The translations under genes were made by a program, and so were the position numbers. The notes under the pieces were generated by a model that was not told where the DNA came from, did no database searches, and saw only the letters and a program-made list of their open reading frames with translations. Shown piece after piece: positions 42,529 through 51,491 of a DNA stretch of 64,000 bases. Source of the stretch: an uncultured Alphaproteobacteria bacterium (lineage in GTDB: Bacteria; Pseudomonadota; Alphaproteobacteria; ATCC43930; CGMCC-115725); the NCBI GenBank assembly GCA_963703665.1, contig CAVPFB010000003.1:740588-804587 (forward strand). Reading direction: 5' to 3'. Position 1 is the stretch's first letter. Each line of letters opens with the position of its first letter.

Positions 42529-42803
42529 GCGCTGCTGCTGGCGGGCAAGGAATCCGAGGGTGATCGGTTCTTCGGCTAAGACGCTTATTTGATATTTCTT
42601 TAGGCACGAGACAAGCGTAAGTGGTCGATCGGTTTCTGCGCGGTTTCCTGAGCCAGAAGTTCGCAACGTCATCCGGCTTGCCATCCCGACGAAGATCGGG
42701 ACCCGCTGCGCCCGTGGGTACCGGCCTTCGCCGGTATGACAGGAAGATATCGCAGGAACCAAACCCCAAGGACTTCTGGCCCGGATAACGTGCCCGGCGC
42801 CGG

Positions 42804-43775
42804 TCACGTGCCGATGCGCCAGCCGGCTTTGGCGGCGAAGTCGTCGAAGAAGTCGGTGTCGTAGGCCTGCTCCGGCGAGGCGCGCACCAGTTCGTCGATC
42901 ACATGCGCGTCGTTGCCGACGAGGATGCGCCAGCGCTCGGCCTTGACCCCGTCGAGGATGATCTTGGCCGCCTCGGCCGCACTCGTTGGCGCCTCCTCGC
43001 GAAAGCGGCGGTCGCGCTCGGCTACCAGTTTGCGGATGTCGTCGTCCGACAGGCTCGCTGCGTCTCGGCCCATCGAGGCGATGCGCGCCCGCGCCTGCGC
43101 CAACTGCATCGCGTCGATCTCTTCGGTCTCGTTGCCGGCCTGGATCTTGCGCGAGTTGACGGTGATCCCGGTGCCGATATGGCCGGGCATGACGACCGAG
43201 CATTTGATGTGGGGCGCGTTGATCTTGAGGTCGGTGATCAGCGCCTCGGTAAAGCCCTTGACTGCGAATTTCGCCGCACTGTAGGCGGTGTGCGGGATGC
43301 GCGGGCCGACCGACGCCCAAAACCCATTGACGCTGCTGGTGTTGACGATGTGGCCTGCCTCGGCCTTCAGTAGCATCGGCAGAAAGGCGCGGGTGCAGTG
43401 ATAGACCCCGCCCCAGCAGATGTTGAAGGTCCGTTCCCACTCGTCCGGGCTGTGGGCGATCATGCTGCCGCCGCCGCCGATGCCGGCGTTGTTGAACAAC
43501 AGGTGGATCTTGTCGGTGCCGTGGCGGTCCGCGACCTCGTCGCGCAACCGCGCTACCTGCGCTATGTCGGAGACATCGGCGGTGTGGGTCGTGAGGCGCA
43601 AACCCTGCGGCAGACCCGCCGCCTCGCACAGCCGTTGGGTTTCCGCCATCCCTGCTGCGGAGACATCGCACATCGCGACATTGCAGGCTTCCGCGGCCAA
43701 TTGGCGGACGAGCTCGCGCCCCATGCCCGAGCCGCCGCCGGTGACGACCGCGATCCTTCCCGCGAAATCCTTCAT
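42804..43775 (-). CDS. SDR family oxidoreductase
   Basis: 323 aa. TGGGSGMG, NNAG, YSAAK motifs. Confidence 0.85.
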   Translation of the reverse strand: MKDFAGRIAVVTGGGSGMGRELVRQLAAEACNVAMCDVSAAGMAETQRLCEAAGLPQGLRLTTHTADVSDIAQVARLRDEVADRHGTDKIHLLFNNAGIGGGGSMIAHSPDEWERTFNICWGGVYHCTRAFLPMLLKAEAGHIVNTSSVNGFWASVGPRIPHTAYSAAKFAVKGFTEALITDLKINAPHIKCSVVMPGHIGTGITVNSRKIQAGNETEEIDAMQLAQARARIASMGRDAASLSDDDIRKLVAERDRRFREEAPTSAAEAAKIILDGVKAERWRILVGNDAHVIDELVRASPEQAYDTDFFDDFAAKAGWRIGT

Positions 43776-43848
43776 TTGTCGTGTCCCTTCCGATCGCTTG
43801 GCTCGGAGCAGACGCTACCGGCTTCACCATCTCGATGAAAGACGAGCC

Positions 43849-44238
43849 TCAGCGGATCAAGACAATTTTGACGCCGATATCGACCCTCGCCCAGGCTCGG
43901 TCGGCGGTGATGGCAGCGCATCCGAGCTTGTCACCAAGGGCGAGGCAAGCGCGATCGCCGAGCGATAGGCCGGCACGCCGCGTCCGCGAACGCAGTCGTG
44001 CCGCGGCGCGCGCCAGCGGCTCGTCAAAGGCTACGACACGCAAATCCATTGTGCTCACTGCCGCGTCAGCTTGAGCATCGTTCAAGCCATCATCGTGCAA
44101 CTTCGAAAGGATCTCGCAAAAATTAACGGCGCTGATGGTCGCGCCGACGAGGCGGTGCGGATCAATATTGTCGAATGGTTCATTCTTTAGAGCGGCGAGG
44201 ATCGCTGAAGCGTCGGCAACGATAGCATCCTCATTCAC
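43849..44238 (-). CDS. vapC: type II toxin, PIN-domain VapC family
   Basis: GTG 44238 overlapping the antitoxin stop (GTGAATGA). ..IVADASAILA.. (first acidic residue), ..GDRACLAL.., ..ITADRAW... Confidence 0.8.
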   Translation of the reverse strand: MNEDAIVADASAILAALKNEPFDNIDPHRLVGATISAVNFCEILSKLHDDGLNDAQADAAVSTMDLRVVAFDEPLARAAARLRSRTRRAGLSLGDRACLALGDKLGCAAITADRAWARVDIGVKIVLIR

Positions 44239-44476
44239 GCGCCGCCTCTTCACGCCGCTCGGCGATCAGCTCTGCCACCAAGTCGCGACCTGAACTATAG
44301 CGAGCCACGATCTGCTGCGCCTCGCGCAACGCTTGTTCCGGGGTGCGCAGGCGCAATTCGCCTTCGCCGACTGTCTCGACGATCAGCTCGTCGCCCGGCT
44401 TCAGACCGGCCGCAGCGCGGCATTCGGCCGGGATGACGATGCGGCCTTGCTGGTTGATCCGTGCCCTGCCTCGCAT
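44231..44476 (-). CDS. vapB: AbrB/MazE/SpoVT-type antitoxin (VapB)
   Basis: MRGRARINQQGRIVIPAECRAAAGLKPGDELIVE.. swapped-hairpin motif. An alternative ATG at 44500 is in frame. Confidence 0.75.
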   Translation of the reverse strand: MRGRARINQQGRIVIPAECRAAAGLKPGDELIVETVGEGELRLRTPEQALREAQQIVARYSSGRDLVAELIAERREEAARE

Positions 44477-44600
44477 GTCAAATATCCTGATAGATGTCAT
44501 ACGGTGGTGAGATGACACTCCGAGCAAAATGTGTCAAGCAGCCGCCTATTCCACGAGAATTACCTGCTCTGCTATGGTCGAGTGCAGGGAGGATCGGGCG

Positions 44601-45777
44601 ATGCTGACGACGACGCGCGACATGATCATGCCGACGGCGATCACCGGGTCGTATCCGCGGCCGTTGTGGTTCGATGCCAGCCTGCAAGGCCGGTCGTTCA
44701 AGGCGGCGCTCGGCGACTCGCTGTTTCGCGAGCAGTATCTCGACGCGGTCGCCGCCGTGATCAATGCGCAGGAGGCGGCCGGGCTCGACATCGTCACCGA
44801 CGGCGACAGCCGCTTCGACCTCGCGGTCGGCGGCAAGTCGTGGTTTTTCTACCCGATCGAGCGGCTGGGCGGCATCCATGGCCATCGCTCGACCTCGCGG
44901 GGCTGGATGGGCCGGCCCGGGATCGAGCCCGGCCATATCCTGTGGGAGGTACAGGAGGCCTATCAGCCGGCCGTCGTCACCGAAAAACTGACGCGCGGGC
45001 CGCTCGAATACGCCGCGTTGTGGCAGATCGCCCAGCGCCTCAGCGACCGGCCGGTCAAATTCGGCGCGATCTGCGCGCCGGCGCTCGCCGAGCATGCTGT
45101 GGAACCAGCATTACCCGGACGACCGGGCGATGGTGCTCGACCTGTGCGACATCATCAACGCCGAATTGCGCGAGCTCGCCGCCGCCGGCTGCCCAGTGGT
45201 CCAGGTCGAGGAGCCGCGCCACCATGGCCTGACGACGCGGCCCGACTGCGCCGAGGCCGACCTCGAATTCCAGACGCAAGCCTTCAACCGCCAGCTCGCC
45301 GGCGTCGACGCCGAGATCTGGGTCCATACCTGCTGGGGCAACCCGAACCAGCAGCGGGTTTATTGGGAGGTGCCGAGCTACGAGCGCGCCCTCCCCCATC
45401 TGCTGCAATTGAACGCCGACGTCATCACCTTCGAATGCGCCTCGAGCGACGGCAAGGACCTGCCGCTCTTCGCCAAATACCAGACCGACAAAAAAATCGG
45501 CATCGGCGTCGTCAACCATTGCAATACGATCGTCGAGCCGCCCGAGCACGTCGCCGGGCTGATCAGAAAGGCGCTTGAATACATCCCGCCCGAACGGCTG
45601 GTCATCACCACCGATTGCGGCTTTGGCCGCGAAGGCCTGTCGCGCCGCATCGCCTATTACAAATGCGTGTCGCTGGTCCAAGGCACCAACATCGTCCGCC
45701 GCGAGCTGCGCCTCCCCGAAGCCCCTATCCGCGCCGCCGACCCGAAGCTTTATTTCGCGGCGTCTGACAACAGGTAA
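44601..45777 (+). pseudogene. cobalamin-independent methionine synthase II (MetE C-terminal-domain-like) family protein, one apparent +1 frameshift
   Basis: ..TGSYPRP.W.., ..DIVTDGD.., then | MLWNQHY...VHTCWGN...TTDCGF.. One extra nt at about 45090-45093 joins ORF 44529.. to ORF 45094..45777. Confidence 0.75.
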
Positions 45778-46005
45778 GCCCGGCCCATCGGTCCGCCTCG
45801 GCTGCGCCAGGTTTCCCACCCAGCGTCGGCGCGTCAAAGGGCATTTTCTTGGGCTGCAAAAAATTGTGATGCTCGACCGGCTGTGCGGATGGTGCCAAAC
45901 CCGCTGAGACATCGATCGGGATCAGGTCGGCGCGTCCAAAGGAGGAGTTGGAAAGGACCACAGACGAACCAGGGTCCGATCCCAGGATCGAAAAGGGGGG
46001 AGCTG

Positions 46006-47424
46006 ATGGCGAAGACGGATGTCGCAGGCGTCGCATCGCCGGGCTCGGCCCAACCGGATGCGATCCGCGGCCAAATCGCGGCGCGCATCGACCGGCTGCC
46101 GCTGACCCGCGTGCAATGGCAGCTGGCCATTCTGGTGGAGGTCACCTGGGGCTTCATCATCTTCGATACCGACGGCATCGGCGCCCGCCTCTATCCCTTC
46201 GTCTGGCGCCCGCATCACATCATCACGGTGTTCCAGTATTCGGTGATCCAGGCTTTGCAGGTCGGGCTGGGCATTCTGCTCGGCGTCTTTTTGATGAGCT
46301 GGGTCGCCGACCGTTTCGGTCGCCGACCGGCCATCCTGCTGGCAACTTTGCTGGGCGGAATCTGTATTTGGCCGTTCGCCTATGTCACCAATTTCTGGGG
46401 GATGGTCGTCCTCTCCATTCTCAGCACTCTCGGCGTCGGCGGCATCGTCACCACCCATTCGGTATACCTTTCAGAGATGACCTCGCCGACCATCCGCAAC
46501 CGCGTGCTGCTGGCCTCGCAGGGCCTCACCGCGCTGGTTGCCGTCTCGGTAAATCTGCTCGGCTTTTGGCTGATCCCGGGGCAATGGCAGATCTACTTGT
46601 GGGTCAGCGCCGCCATTCAGATCGTCATTTTCTTGCCATTGCTGATTTGGCTGTTGCCGGAGTTGCCGCGCTGGCTCGAGGCGAAAGGGCGCGAGGAGGC
46701 CGCCGAACGGGAGATGGCCCGGCTGGAACAACGCTGCCGCCGTGCCGGCCATGCCGAGTTGCCCGAGCCTGACCACGGCCTCCACTCGGTGCTCGTCGCC
46801 GAGCATGGCAGCTGGCGCGAGATATTCACGAACCCTCAATACCGCAGCCGCACCATGGTGCTGCTGGCGTGCTGGCTGCTCGGCTATGCCGGCCTGATTT
46901 ACGGGACCGGCGCCTTCGCCGCAGTGTACATGGTCGACCACGGCGCTTCCGCGCATTTCGTGTTCCTGACCTTCGCGGTCGCCTACGCAGTGAGCTTTGT
47001 CGCGTTTCAGGTCAATTCCCGGCTCGGCGAGCGGGTCGAGCGCCGCGACGTCATGTGCGGGATGGCGGGTTTGTTCATCCTGTCATGGATCGTCATATAC
47101 TTGGTCCCGAGCCTGCCTGTGATCGCCGTTTTCTTTGCGCTCGCCCGCATCGGCACCGGGTTGTGGCTGTTCAACCTGTACAACTACACCGCGGTCGCCT
47201 ACCCGACCCGCATCCGGGCGCGGGCCTTCGCCTGGACCGACGGGCTCGGCCATCTTGGGGCCTGGGCCGGGGTCACCTTGCTCGGACCGCTCTATGTTCT
47301 GGGGCCGAACCATCTCGGCTGGCTGCTATGGATCCTGATCCCCGGCGCGTTGCTGCCGGCGCTGCTGATCCGCACCTTCGGGATCAAGCAGGCCGGCGTG
47401 GTGCTGGAGCAGGTGTCGGCATAG
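46006..47424 (+). CDS. MFS transporter
   Basis: 472 aa from MAKTDVAG... 12 predicted TM helices and the ..DRFGRRP.. loop motif. Confidence 0.8.
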   Translation: MAKTDVAGVASPGSAQPDAIRGQIAARIDRLPLTRVQWQLAILVEVTWGFIIFDTDGIGARLYPFVWRPHHIITVFQYSVIQALQVGLGILLGVFLMSWVADRFGRRPAILLATLLGGICIWPFAYVTNFWGMVVLSILSTLGVGGIVTTHSVYLSEMTSPTIRNRVLLASQGLTALVAVSVNLLGFWLIPGQWQIYLWVSAAIQIVIFLPLLIWLLPELPRWLEAKGREEAAEREMARLEQRCRRAGHAELPEPDHGLHSVLVAEHGSWREIFTNPQYRSRTMVLLACWLLGYAGLIYGTGAFAAVYMVDHGASAHFVFLTFAVAYAVSFVAFQVNSRLGERVERRDVMCGMAGLFILSWIVIYLVPSLPVIAVFFALARIGTGLWLFNLYNYTAVAYPTRIRARAFAWTDGLGHLGAWAGVTLLGPLYVLGPNHLGWLLWILIPGALLPALLIRTFGIKQAGVVLEQVSA

Positions 47425-47546
47425 CGGCGAACGGCATCATCGCGAAGCCTATCCGTCCTGCTGATGCGGGGCTATGCTTCTCGGGCACCGGGGAGGCCAG
47501 CAATCGGGCGAACCCCTGATGACGCCGCGGTAAACGGAGAATTCGG

Positions 47547-47963
47547 ATGGTCGAGATCAAATCCGTTGCCCATTTCAGCATTCCGGTCAGCGATGTCGCG
47601 AGAAGCACGCAGTTTTACACGGAAATCGTCGGCTGCCGGCATTTGGCCACCGTCGCGCGCGGGCAGATGGCGTTTCTCGACGCGGCCGGAACCTGTCTGA
47701 TCCTGGTCGAGCGCGACCCGCCGATCAATCCCGTGCCCGACGACCATGGCGGGGTGCATCATTCCTTTGCCGTGTCCCACGAGGATTACCCCGCCGCACT
47801 CGACCATCTGCGGGCCCGCGGCGTGGAGATCACCTTTGAGGAAGACCGGCAGGGCGGTGTCGTGAACGGCCCGCGCGCCTATTTTCACGACCCGGACGGC
47901 ACCGTGCTCGAATTCATCGATCTGACCAGCTACGCCGGCGACCCGCCCGGACAATCGACGTGA
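47547..47963 (+). CDS. VOC (glyoxalase/bleomycin-resistance/dioxygenase) family protein
   Basis: 138 aa. ..VAHFSIPVSD...FY..ivG.., ..HHSFAV.., ..YFHDPDGTVLEF... Confidence 0.8.
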   Translation: MVEIKSVAHFSIPVSDVARSTQFYTEIVGCRHLATVARGQMAFLDAAGTCLILVERDPPINPVPDDHGGVHHSFAVSHEDYPAALDHLRARGVEITFEEDRQGGVVNGPRAYFHDPDGTVLEFIDLTSYAGDPPGQST

Positions 47964-48006
47964 GCTGAGGCACACACCCGGCAAGCTGTCGAGTTCGCAA
48001 ACCGAG

Positions 48007-48484
48007 ATGGAGGACCCATTCAATCTCCAGCGGTTTGTCGAGGCCCAGGAGCCGGTGTTCGGCCAAGTCTGCGCAGAGCTGCGCCGCGGCCGCAAAAGAA
48101 CGCATTGGATGTGGTTTGTCTTTCCGCAGATCGCGGGGCTGGGCCGCAGCTGGCTGGCATCCGAGTTTGCGGTATCCTCGCGGGGCGAAGCCGCGGCCTA
48201 TCTGAACCATCCGGTTCTCGGGCCCCGGCTGCGCGAATGCACCCGCCTGGTCAACCTGATCGAGGGGTGCCGCATCGAGCAGATCTTCGGCTATCCGGAC
48301 GACATGAAGTTCCGTTCGTGCATGACCCTGTTCGCCCACGCGAAACCAGGCGTTCAAGGATGCGGTGCAAAAATACTTTGGCGGCGACTACGACCGCGCG
48401 ACCTTGCGCCAACTAGGCGATCAACATTGGCGATCGTCAGCGCTCGGGGACAGCCTCGGTAAGTGCCCGTACCGGGTGCCCTAG
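48007..48484 (+). pseudogene. DUF1810 family protein, apparent +1 frameshift near the 3' end
   Basis: MEDPFNLQRFVEAQ...ELRRGRKRTHWMWFVFPQ... The family-typical tail AFKDAVQKYFGGDYDRATL.. is in the +1 frame from about 48350. That frame runs to TAG 48482-48484, overlapping the converging islet gene. Confidence 0.7.
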
Positions 48485-49846
48485 ATTGTAGTAGTCGATA
48501 TATCTATCGCTGCAATGCGTGATGCCTGCCAGAATTCGATGGAATAGAATTCTAAGAATCTTGCTATTGAGAATCACCTCGATGGGATCATCTGAGAAAG
48601 CCCCATGCGCCGCCATGTTGCGGTGCCGCCAGGCCCTTGTTTCAACCTCGCTAATTCGAAGGCCGATGGTCTCGAATAGACGCTTCAAAACCAAACCCTG
48701 AGGCGCTTGATTGAATGAGGAGACTTTGCTCTCTAAGATCGGGCGTATCTCCGGGCCGATATCCGCTGTCTTCAGCCAATGCAGAATTGTACGACTCAGC
48801 GAACGCCAGGCGTCGTCATCTAGCAACTTCCCCCGTGCCCCATTTATTTTACTGGAATTACGCTGAAGTTGTTCAATGAGGCTTCCGAAATGAATCGCAG
48901 ATACATGAGGCGGCGCGCACATTGCGTACCAGTAAGACCAAGATAGGTTGCTCAACTTAATATCATCGAATTTCTTGAACAATGCGTTTACAAGATCATT
49001 GACGACCTTCTGGTCTATGACATTTGCATACCTTCCGTTTATGGGGTAAGGAGGCAGATCATGTAGCTTGAATGCAGAGCCGCCGACTGAAAACGCGTCA
49101 ACCGACTTCATGAAGGTTGGAGCCCACTCGCTACAATAGTCTGTATGCCCGAGGTAACGATAGGCTTTCCCAATGCGAAAGACAGGCATGTTCGAACCTT
49201 GTCGCGGAAGGGCTGATCGGCGCAGGTTCGGTAGACGATCTGCCCGACCCTCTTGTCACGTTCATCCCGTTCAACAGACTGCATTACGTACAGATCAATG
49301 TCCTCAACCTGCAAATGCAGAGCTTGGCTGCCGCCCCCTGATTCTGCAGATCCCGTCATGCGGATCTGGCTTTCGCCGGAGCCGACGGATTTCGTGAAGC
49401 TCGTGGTGGTGGTGAAGCGGATGGGCTCATTCCAAATAAACCCATCGGGAACATTCGAAATCCACTCGATGACGTGAGAGGCTTTGACCTGCCTCTGAAG
49501 GTCCAATTCGACCGAATGCGCCGAGTAACGTTCGACCGTTTCGGCGTCCGCGGGACCCTTTGCGGTAGACCGCTCGCCGCGCCATATCACGCCTCGCGCC
49601 ACACCGATCCATCCGGAGGTGTGGCGGAATTCCATCGCCTCATCGGCGGACCGCACAGCGCCTGCCGGATAGAGTTCAGGTTTTCCGCTGCTCCATCCCC
49701 GCGACGTTAGCTCAAAGATAAGATCCAATTCTTCGTTTCGACGCAATTTCACGGACGTCACGGGCGTTCTAACGATATCGCCCTTTGTAACTGTTACCCC
49801 CCCTGTTGAAGTACTCGGCAATTTCTTCGCAGAGGAATTCCTTCAT
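48437..49846 (-). pseudogene. large orphan protein with C-terminal HEPN-like R-N-x3-H motif (ApeA-like defence candidate), two frame breaks
   Basis: ATG 49846 (MKEFLCEEIAEYFNRGG), ORF 49108..49821 and ORF 48437..49189 join into 470 codons including the stop (469 aa). The breaks are at the C7/G7 run 49797-49803 and near 49150-49160 (..SFALGKP | YRYLGHTDY..). Motif WRHRNMAAHG lies about 70 aa from the C-terminus. G+C lower by eye. Confidence 0.55.
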
Positions 49847-50011
49847 CTCAGACCCCACCCGCTGCAAAAATGTGCGACAGTCTGGGACTTGCCCTGAGGC
49901 GAGGCTGTGGATGCGGTCATCTATGAGAGCCAGCGCGGATAGCAAGCGCCAACGCGCTCACACCAAGGAGTTATAGGTGCCGACTTTAACGGCCGATCCT
50001 GCCCGCGGCGA

Positions 50012-50572
50012 TCAAGCGGCATCGTAACGGATCGCAAGCACCTCGATCTGCTCGGTGCCGGAAGGGGCGCGTAATTCGACGAGGTCGCCTTCGCGAGCCT
50101 TGATCAGCGCGCGGGCGATCGGCGAGACCCAGCTGACCTGGCCGCGTGCGAGATCGGCCTCGTCGATGCCGACGATCGTCACCGTGGTTTCGCTGCCGCG
50201 CTCGTTGGCATAGGTCACGGTCGCGCCGAAAAATACCTGGTTGCGGTTTTTCTGCTGCGCCGGGTTGACCACCTCGGCGCTCTCCAGGCGCTTGGTTAAA
50301 AAGCGAATGCGCCGGTCGATCTCGCGCAGCCGGCGCTTGCCATAGATGTAGTCGCCGTTTTCCGAGCGGTCGCCGTTGCCGGCGGCCCAGGCCACGGTCT
50401 CGACCACCTGCGGTCGCTCGACCCGTAGCAGCCGGTGCCGCTCGTCCGCGAGCTGGCGGTGGCCTTGGGGGGTCATGTAGTTCTTGGTCCCGGCCGGGAC
50501 CGCCGTTGGCTCGTCGGGCAGGTCGGCCTGGTCTTCTTCGGCATCCGCTTCTTTGACAAAGGCTTTGCTCAT
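50012..50572 (-). CDS. greB: transcription elongation factor GreB
   Basis: 186 aa from MSKAFVKE... ..GDRSENGDYIYGKRRLREIDRRIRFLTKRLE.., ..VSWVSPIARALIKAREGD... Confidence 0.85.
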   Translation of the reverse strand: MSKAFVKEADAEEDQADLPDEPTAVPAGTKNYMTPQGHRQLADERHRLLRVERPQVVETVAWAAGNGDRSENGDYIYGKRRLREIDRRIRFLTKRLESAEVVNPAQQKNRNQVFFGATVTYANERGSETTVTIVGIDEADLARGQVSWVSPIARALIKAREGDLVELRAPSGTEQIEVLAIRYDAA

Positions 50573-50679
50573 CGCACCCCCTGTTCTTCGCGCGGCTGGT
50601 CTGCTCAATGTAGGAGCGCGCATCCGCTCGTGCCACAATACCCCCGATTCGACGCGATGCGACGGCGGGAGAGGCGGCA

Positions 50680-51477
50680 ATGACAGAGCTGGCGGGCAAG
50701 GTGGTGCTGGTGACCGGTGCCGGGGCGGGGATCGGCCGGGCGACGGCGCTGGCGATGGCCGAAGCAGGCGCCGCCGTCGTTGTCGCCGATATCGATCTCG
50801 CCGCGGCCCGGCGCACGGCGGAGGAGGCCGCAGGCAACAATCGGCGGGCGATCGCGATCATGGCCGATTGCGGCGATGTCGCCAGCATCGATGCGATGGT
50901 CGGGCGCGCCGTCGCCGAGCTCGGCCGACTCGATGTCATCGTCAACAATGCCGGCGTCACCCGCTATGCCGAGATCATGGATCTGACCGAGGCGGATTGG
51001 GACCATATCCACCGGGTCAACGCCAAAGGCGTGTTTTTCTGTCTGCAGCGCGCCGCCAGAGAAATGATCGCGCAATTTCAGGCCGATCGCAGCGGCGGCC
51101 GGATCGTCAACATCGCCTCGATCTCCGGACGCGGCTATGCCGGCGCCTCGAACGCCGCCTACGCGGCGAGCAAGGGGGCGGTCATCGCCCTGACCAAGAC
51201 CGCCTCGCAGCAGCTCGGCCGGCACAACATCAACGTCAACGCGATCTGCCCGGGGGTGACGCGGACCGAATTGGGCGCGCGCAACGCCCTGGCGCGAGCC
51301 GCCGAGCGCGGCATCGGCGTGGCCGAGCTGCAGGCCGAGGCCGAGACGCGTATCCCGATCGGGCGCGCGAACATGCCCGAGGACATCGCCGCGATGGCGG
51401 TGTTCCTCGCCTCGCCCGGCGCCCGCAACATTACCGGCCAAGCCTACAATGTGGATGGCGGGTTGGTGCCGAGCTGA
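50680..51477 (+). CDS. SDR family oxidoreductase (FabG-like)
   Basis: TGAGAGIG, NNAG, YAASK motifs; 265 aa. Confidence 0.85.
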   Translation: MTELAGKVVLVTGAGAGIGRATALAMAEAGAAVVVADIDLAAARRTAEEAAGNNRRAIAIMADCGDVASIDAMVGRAVAELGRLDVIVNNAGVTRYAEIMDLTEADWDHIHRVNAKGVFFCLQRAAREMIAQFQADRSGGRIVNIASISGRGYAGASNAAYAASKGAVIALTKTASQQLGRHNINVNAICPGVTRTELGARNALARAAERGIGVAELQAEAETRIPIGRANMPEDIAAMAVFLASPGARNITGQAYNVDGGLVPS

Positions 51478-51491
51478 ACACGAGGTCGAAA

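Noticed and set aside
42529-43830. Upstream 430 codons of the 488-aa ORF 42364..43830
   Set aside because: Out-of-frame overlap with the SDR gene 42804..43775 and R/G/P-rich. Only the last about 55-75 codons look like a real small protein.
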